Shown piece after piece: positions 58,348 through 64,000 of a stretch of DNA of 64,000 nucleotides. The first letter of the stretch is position 1. Each line of letters starts with the position of its first letter. This DNA is from an uncultured Clostridia bacterium. GTDB taxonomy: Bacteria > Bacillota > Clostridia > Christensenellales > CAG-917. The translations under genes and the position numbers were made by a program. Location: positions 64,363 to 128,362 of the forward strand of contig CANPWB010000002.1 in NCBI GenBank assembly GCA_947581925.1. Reading direction: 5' to 3'. Under the pieces are notes generated by a model that saw only the letters and a program-made list of their open reading frames with translations, was not told the DNA's origin and searched no databases.

Positions 58348-59706
58348 ATGCCACTTTACTACAAGATCAACACATACGGCTGTCAGATGAATGTCCACGA
58401 GTCGGAAAAGCTCGCGGGACTTCTTGAAGGCATGGGATATATTTGCTGTCCCGAGGGGGAGCATGCGGACGTCATAGTATTCAACACCTGCTGTATACGC
58501 GACACCGCTGAGAGGCGCGCTCTCGGCAATATCGGAGTGACAAAGGCGGAAAAGAAGCGCGATCCGAATGTTATCATCGCGGTCGTAGGCTGTATGCCGC
58601 AACAAGATGGCGTCTCGCAAGCGATAAGGGAAAAGTATCCGTATGTGGACATAGTCCTCGGCACCCGCAACATCTCCTCGCTCCCCGAAGAGATAGGAAA
58701 AGTGCTCGCCTCGCGCGAGGCAAAGCGCAAGAAGAGCGACAAGCGCTATCGCGGCGCGGACACCCGACTCCCGGAAAACTACCTCGAGATAGACGAGGCG
58801 ACGCCCACTCTCCGCACGAGTTTTCCGAACGCCTGGGTAAACATAATTTACGGCTGCAACAACTTTTGCAGTTACTGCATAGTGCCGTATGTGCGCGGGC
58901 GGGAGCTGTCCAGGAGCATGGATAAAGTCCTCGACGAGGTGAAACGCTGCGTAGACGACGGCTACAAGGAGATAACGCTGCTCGGGCAAAACGTCAATTC
59001 CTACGGCAACGATCTTTCGGACGGCACGAATTTCGCAAAACTTTTGCACGAAATAGACAAGATAGAGGGCAAATTTCGCGTCAGATTTATGACTTCGCAC
59101 CCAAAGGACCTCACCGAGGCAGTCATGGACGAAATGGCGGCGTCCGATAAGATATGCTCCAACCTGCATCTGCCCATACAGTCCGGCTCCGACAAGGTCT
59201 TGCGCGACATGAACAGGCGCTATGACAGGGCAAGATATCTGTCTCTCATTGAGGGACTGCGCTGCCGCATGCCTGATATTGGCATAACGACTGACATCAT
59301 GGTAGGATTCCCCACGGAGACGGAGGAGGACTTCCTCGACACAATGGACATTGTGGAGCGCGTGCGCTTTTCAAACGCATTCACATTTATATATTCGCCT
59401 CGCAAGGGCACTCCCGCCGCCAAGATGGAGCAGATTCCTTACGCCGTCAAGCAGGAGAGAATAGGGCGGCTCATCAAGGCGCAAAACCGCATCACCAAGG
59501 AGCTTTCCGACGCCTATACAGGCGGAGTCTATGAGGTGCTTGCGGAGGACGTCGCGCCCAAGTACGAGGGCATGATATGCGGCAGGACAGAGAGCGGTAG
59601 GCTTGTAACCTTTGGAGGCGACCCTTCCGACATAGGCAAATTTTTCGACGTGCGGATAACGGCGTCCCGCTCCGCCTCGCTGTTTGGCAATAAGGAGGAA
59701 AAATGA
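58348..59706 (+). CDS. miaB: tRNA-i6A37 methylthiotransferase MiaB
   Basis: TYGCQMN N-domain, radical-SAM cluster CNNFCSYC and a C-terminal TRAM domain are present. Confidence 0.9.
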   Translation: MPLYYKINTYGCQMNVHESEKLAGLLEGMGYICCPEGEHADVIVFNTCCIRDTAERRALGNIGVTKAEKKRDPNVIIAVVGCMPQQDGVSQAIREKYPYVDIVLGTRNISSLPEEIGKVLASREAKRKKSDKRYRGADTRLPENYLEIDEATPTLRTSFPNAWVNIIYGCNNFCSYCIVPYVRGRELSRSMDKVLDEVKRCVDDGYKEITLLGQNVNSYGNDLSDGTNFAKLLHEIDKIEGKFRVRFMTSHPKDLTEAVMDEMAASDKICSNLHLPIQSGSDKVLRDMNRRYDRARYLSLIEGLRCRMPDIGITTDIMVGFPTETEEDFLDTMDIVERVRFSNAFTFIYSPRKGTPAAKMEQIPYAVKQERIGRLIKAQNRITKELSDAYTGGVYEVLAEDVAPKYEGMICGRTESGRLVTFGGDPSDIGKFFDVRITASRSASLFGNKEEK

Positions 59707-62330
59707 TAGTTGACAAAGAAAAACTCTCTCCAATGATGAAGAGATATTTTGAGGTCAAGGAGCAATACCCCGACTGTCTGCTCTTTTTCAGGCTGGGCGA
59801 CTTTTACGAAATGTTTTTCGATGACGCAAAGACGGCGTCCGAAGTGCTCGACCTTACTCTCACGGGCAGGGATTGCGGGCTGGAGGAGCGCGCTCCCATG
59901 TGCGGTGTGCCGTACCATGCCGTAGACAACTACATCCGCCGACTCATAGAGGCCGGTTTCAGAGTCGCGATATGCGAACAGCTCTCAGACCCCAAGACGA
60001 CGAGGGGCATGGTGGACAGGGACGTCGTTAGAGTCGTATCGAGCGGCACCGTCATGGAAGAGGACATCCTCGACGAGAAGTCATCAAACTATCTTGCGTC
60101 CGTCTACACAAAGGATGGCGCGTTCGGCGTAGCGTGGGCGGATATTTCCACTGGCGAGTTTTACGTATACGAGTTCGAGGGCGAGAATTATCTTGACCGC
60201 TTGAGCGACCTTCTTTGCAGCATAACGCCAAGCGAAGTCGTGTGCAACGGCGACTTTGTCGGCAAATATAAGGAGCTGCAATATTTCAAGACTTCGGAAA
60301 TCAAGGCGCATTGCTATCATGATTTTGCATACGGTTTGCAGGCGGCGACGAAGAAGGTACTTTCCGTTTTCAACGTTTCGTCGCTTGCGCCGTTCGAGTG
60401 CGAGGACAAGCCGTACGCCGTATGCGCGGCGGGCGGACTTCTCGAATATCTCTCTCAAACGCAAAAGAGGGAGCTTTCGCAACTCACGTCTATATCCTAT
60501 CTCAGAGACAAATCCTTTATGATGCTCGACGCCGCCACGCGCCGCAATCTGGAACTCACTTCGCGCGCGAGGGACGGCAAGCGACAGGGCTCGCTGATAA
60601 GCGTGCTCGACAAGACTTGCACGGCTATGGGCGCTAGGACGCTCAAAAAGTACATAGAACAGCCTCTACAGGACGCAGACAGGATAAACAGGCGCCTCGA
60701 CGCCGTGGAGGAGCTCGTCTCAGGCAACATTATGCGCGAAAAATTGAGGGACGCCTTGAAAAACGTCCACGACCTCGAGCGACTTACGGCGAGGTTGGCA
60801 TTCGGCTCGGCGACCCCGCGGGATCTGTTGTCCATAGGCGACACGCTTGAGGCATTGCCAGCCGTAAAGGACGCGCTCAAATCGGCGACGTCTACTCTTC
60901 TCAAGGATATAAACAAGTCCATATCTCCCCTCGAAAAGCTCAAAAAAGTACTGCTCAGCGCCCTCGACAGGGAAAAGGTCAACAATTTCCGCAACGGCAA
61001 CTTTATTGCCAATGGCTACGATAAGGAGCTTGACGGCATCCGCTCCATACAGCTCCACTCCGGCGAGTGGCTGCACAGGCTGGAGGAGCGCGAGAAAGAG
61101 GAGACGGGCATACGCACGCTCAAAGTGGGTTTCAACAAAGTATTCGGCTATTATATCGAGGTGTCCAAGACATTTGTGGACAAGGTGCCGTATCGCTATC
61201 AACGCAAACAGACGCTTGTAAACGGCGAGAGATACATCACAGACGAGCTCAAACAGCTCGAGGAGAAGATACTCTCGTCCGAGGCGGACGCTTTCGCACT
61301 TGAGGAAAAACTTTTTGTGGAGCTAAAACAGCTTGCGTACAACGAACTTCCCGCTATGAGAAAGAGCGCGGCGGCTCTGGGCGCTCTCGACGCACTTCAA
61401 TCTTTTGCGACGGTATCCGTCACGGGGCGCTACGTCAAGCCGAAGATAGGGCCAAAAGTCAAGGCTATACGCATTGAGGACGGGCGACATCCCGTCGTCG
61501 AATCCCTTCTGCAAAAGGGCGCGTATGTAGCAAACGATACGCTGCTCGACGGCGGCGACAACCGCACAATGATAATCACGGGTCCCAATATGGCGGGCAA
61601 GAGCACATACATGCGTCAAGTCGCTCTCATAGTGCTCATGGCGCACATAGGCTGTTTCGTGCCCGCGAAGAGCGCCGAAATATCCCTCACCGACCGCATA
61701 TTCACAAGGATTGGCGCAAGCGACGACTTGAGCGGCGGGCAGAGCACGTTTATGGTGGAAATGATAGAGGTCGCGACGATATTGAACTACGCCACGTCCT
61801 CGAGTCTGCTCATTCTCGACGAGATAGGGCGCGGGACGTCCACATTCGACGGGCTGTCCATCGCATGGGCGGTGCTCGAATACATCACCAAAAACCTCCA
61901 AGCAAAGACGCTCTTTGCCACGCATTTCCATGAACTCACCGAGCTCGAGGATCTCGAAGGCGTCAAAAACTATCGAGTGCTCGTCGCTGAGCAGGGCGGA
62001 AGCATAGTTTTCCTGCACAAGATAGCGCGCGGCGGCGCGTCGCGCAGTTTCGGCATAGAAGTAGCCTCGCTCGCAGGCGTTATCAAGCCCGTCATAGAGC
62101 ATGCAAAGCGCATAATGGCGCGCCTCGAAGAGGAGAGCATGAACCGCGACACCAACGAGATGCTGCTATCCGCGGGCAGGAGCGCTAAGACGGAGCAGGT
62201 CAGCCTTTTCGACGGCGGCGAGGAAAGCAGGATAGTGAAACAACTTCGCGATATCAATCCCGACAATTTGACGCCTCTGCAAGCCTTGACCGTGCTCATA
62301 GACCTCAAAAAGCAGCTTGACGAGGATTAA
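59703..62330 (+). CDS. mutS: DNA mismatch repair protein MutS
   Basis: SPMMKRYFEVK..FFRLGDFYEMF mismatch-binding motif, Walker A GPNMAGKST and DEIGRGTSTFDG are present. The start overlaps the miaB stop (ATGA). Confidence 0.95.
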   Translation: MIVDKEKLSPMMKRYFEVKEQYPDCLLFFRLGDFYEMFFDDAKTASEVLDLTLTGRDCGLEERAPMCGVPYHAVDNYIRRLIEAGFRVAICEQLSDPKTTRGMVDRDVVRVVSSGTVMEEDILDEKSSNYLASVYTKDGAFGVAWADISTGEFYVYEFEGENYLDRLSDLLCSITPSEVVCNGDFVGKYKELQYFKTSEIKAHCYHDFAYGLQAATKKVLSVFNVSSLAPFECEDKPYAVCAAGGLLEYLSQTQKRELSQLTSISYLRDKSFMMLDAATRRNLELTSRARDGKRQGSLISVLDKTCTAMGARTLKKYIEQPLQDADRINRRLDAVEELVSGNIMREKLRDALKNVHDLERLTARLAFGSATPRDLLSIGDTLEALPAVKDALKSATSTLLKDINKSISPLEKLKKVLLSALDREKVNNFRNGNFIANGYDKELDGIRSIQLHSGEWLHRLEEREKEETGIRTLKVGFNKVFGYYIEVSKTFVDKVPYRYQRKQTLVNGERYITDELKQLEEKILSSEADAFALEEKLFVELKQLAYNELPAMRKSAAALGALDALQSFATVSVTGRYVKPKIGPKVKAIRIEDGRHPVVESLLQKGAYVANDTLLDGGDNRTMIITGPNMAGKSTYMRQVALIVLMAHIGCFVPAKSAEISLTDRIFTRIGASDDLSGGQSTFMVEMIEVATILNYATSSSLLILDEIGRGTSTFDGLSIAWAVLEYITKNLQAKTLFATHFHELTELEDLEGVKNYRVLVAEQGGSIVFLHKIARGGASRSFGIEVASLAGVIKPVIEHAKRIMARLEEESMNRDTNEMLLSAGRSAKTEQVSLFDGGEESRIVKQLRDINPDNLTPLQALTVLIDLKKQLDED

Positions 62331-62364
62331 AATACAAAAGATAATGAACATGTGTTCATTATCT
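62317..62364 (+). promoter_or_regulatory. candidate internal promoter for mutL with abutting LexA (Cheo)-box-like palindrome
   Basis: TTGACG (62317-62322), a 17-nt spacer, then GATAAT (62340-62345). TGAACATGTGTTCA (62345-62358) has the GAAC-N4-GTTC core and sits inside the perfect palindrome AGATAATGAACA-tg-TGTTCATTATCT (62339-62364). Confidence 0.45.
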
Positions 62365-62429
62365 CGGCATAAAACCGACAAATATCGACAAATATCGGAC
62401 AACTATTCAGTTATTAAGGACGTACAGTT

Positions 62430-64000
62430 ATGGGAAAGATAAACGTACTTGACGCATCCGTATTCAATATGCTTGCCGCGGGAGAGGTCGTAGAGCGGCC
62501 CGCATCCGTCGTAAAGGAGCTCGTGGAAAACTCCATCGACGCGGGCGCGACGGTCATAGACATATCCGTGCATGAGGGCGGCACTCGCCTCATCGAGGTC
62601 AGCGACAACGGCATAGGCATATCCAAAGAGGATATGCGCGCCGCGTTCTTGCCGCATGCGACGAGCAAGATAAGCAAAATCATAGACCTTGACAGCTTGT
62701 CCACGCTGGGTTTTAGGGGCGAGGCGCTTGCGTCTATAGCGTCCGTAAGCGAAGTTACTATGACTTCCGCTCAGCGCGGCGCGGATATGGGCGCGAAGAT
62801 CATGCTAAGCGGCGGCAAAGTGACATATGAGGGCGCGGCCAGCGCAAATGTAGGCACCGTCATCTGCGTTGAAAACTTGTTTTTCAACACGCCCGCGCGC
62901 TTGAAATTTCTCAAAAAGCCCTCTTTGGAGCTCAAATATATTGAGGAGACGGTGCGCAGGCTCGTCCTCGCGAATCCCGAGCTATCCATATCTTTGACCG
63001 CAGACGGAGAGAGCCTGCTTTTCCACAGCGGCGGTACGCTTTTCGACGCCGTAGCAGCGGTGTATGGGGCAAAAATAGCTGACGGACTCATCGAAGTAAG
63101 CGGTGAGAGAAACGGCATAAGGGTGACGGGTTATGTTTCCGCGCCCGAAAACTCCAAAGCTACGCGCGCGTATCAGACGATCATAGTCAACGGCAGAGCA
63201 GTCGAGGATGCGACCGTACAGACCGCCGCGGAAAAAGCGTACGGCGACCTGCTTATGAAGCGCAATTTCCCCGTGTTTGTGCTCAACATTCTCTTGCCTT
63301 TCGACCAAGTGGACGTCAATGTGCACCCATCCAAGACGGAAGTGCGTTTTGCGGACAGGCAGGGCATATTCGGAGCGGTGTATCACGCTGTATATGACGT
63401 CGTACACAACGTACCCGCGAATGCCGCGCCGACATCGAATGACGAGGCGCAGGTCGAGGAGCAAGGCAAAAAAGCCTCTCCGCACGTTATACAGCCGAGA
63501 ATAGACTCCCGCTATTTTTCCACTCCGCCAAGGCATACATTCAGAGAGGGTACTATTCCGGCATACAACGTCACACATTCGCACAACTATGCCTCCGACT
63601 TCGGCGAGACAGGATATGACGATGACGAATATGACGTTTCTTATTTTCACGACGCGCAAAAATATGGCTCTGAAGACGTGAACTCCGCTGCGTTAGGCGG
63701 CGAAAAAGCGGCAGATAAAGGCTTTGACGCGCCAAAATACGGCGGAAGTGAAAAATATGGAGACAATGACGAGGAGCCGGCTTTCGACGGCAAGATAATA
63801 GGGCAGCTCTTCGCGACATATCTCGTCGTGGAGCGGGACGATATCGTCTACATAATAGACCAACACGCCGCGCATGAGCGCATACTTTACGACAAAATAC
63901 GCGAGCAGACGGTGCCCGAGTACACCCAACCGCTGCTTGTGCCGTACACACTCAACCTTTCGGGCGATGAAACGGAGCGTTTGGAGACTATTCTCGAGCC
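62430..64000 (+). CDS. mutL: DNA mismatch repair protein MutL (3' end outside the window)
   Basis: Not in the ORF track because there is no stop in the window. ATG at 62430 after AAGGA. MGKINVLDASVFNMLAAGEVVERPASVVKELVENSIDAGAT (GHKL ATPase), DNGIGI and, later, GQLFATYLVVERDDIVYIIDQHAAHERILY are present. Confidence 0.93.
   Translation, partial: MGKINVLDASVFNMLAAGEVVERPASVVKELVENSIDAGATVIDISVHEGGTRLIEVSDNGIGISKEDMRAAFLPHATSKISKIIDLDSLSTLGFRGEALASIASVSEVTMTSAQRGADMGAKIMLSGGKVTYEGAASANVGTVICVENLFFNTPARLKFLKKPSLELKYIEETVRRLVLANPELSISLTADGESLLFHSGGTLFDAVAAVYGAKIADGLIEVSGERNGIRVTGYVSAPENSKATRAYQTIIVNGRAVEDATVQTAAEKAYGDLLMKRNFPVFVLNILLPFDQVDVNVHPSKTEVRFADRQGIFGAVYHAVYDVVHNVPANAAPTSNDEAQVEEQGKKASPHVIQPRIDSRYFSTPPRHTFREGTIPAYNVTHSHNYASDFGETGYDDDEYDVSYFHDAQKYGSEDVNSAALGGEKAADKGFDAPKYGGSEKYGDNDEEPAFDGKIIGQLFATYLVVERDDIVYIIDQHAAHERILYDKIREQTVPEYTQPLLVPYTLNLSGDETERLETILE

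Overview
This window is an almost uninterrupted, mostly plus-strand block of core translation, replication and repair genes. It looks like a moderately high-GC, Clostridia-like Firmicute, and the sporulation gene ylbJ is present. Gene order: ileS (5' partial), SAM methyltransferase, RluA-type pseudouridine synthase, [low-GC orphan HTH gene], ylbJ, tmcAL, pta-ackA, rpmF, plsX-rnc, smc-ftsY, ylxM-ffh-rpsP-khpA-rimM-trmD, rbgA-rnhB-yraN, [lipoprotein paralog]-rplS-[paralog fused to a polytopic membrane domain], [YxjI-like], [acidic/basic YegP protein], pcrA-ligA, yicC, gmk-rpoZ-coaBC-priA, def-fmt-rsmB-rlmN-rsgA-rpe, rnpB (RNase P RNA, minus strand), [orphan membrane protein], pheST, mutS2, [2-TM protein], cysteine desulfurase-thiI, GNAT, class A PBP, miaB-mutS-mutL (3' partial). 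Two genes are not visible in the ORF track. rnpB is masked by a spurious 131-aa ORF, and mutL has no stop codon inside the window. I saw no CRISPR array, integrase, transposase, prophage, reverse transcriptase, toxin-antitoxin pair or recognisable defence island, and no convincing complete novel multi-gene system. The non-core points most worth follow-up are: (1) the essential rplS gene is bracketed by a ~460-nt direct repeat shared by two paralogous surface-protein genes, one of them a CBM-like ectodomain fused to a GT-C-like membrane domain; (2) a charge-segregated acidic/basic disordered protein ending in tandem YegP domains; (3) a LexA-box-like palindrome fused to an internal promoter between mutS and mutL; (4) a MutS2 lacking its Smr domain; (5) a low-GC orphan sigma-region-4/ArpU-like regulator; (6) REP/MITE-like palindromes in the rnc-smc and ftsY-ylxM spacers. 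Functional calls rest on motifs read from the translations and remembered family signatures. No database search was run.
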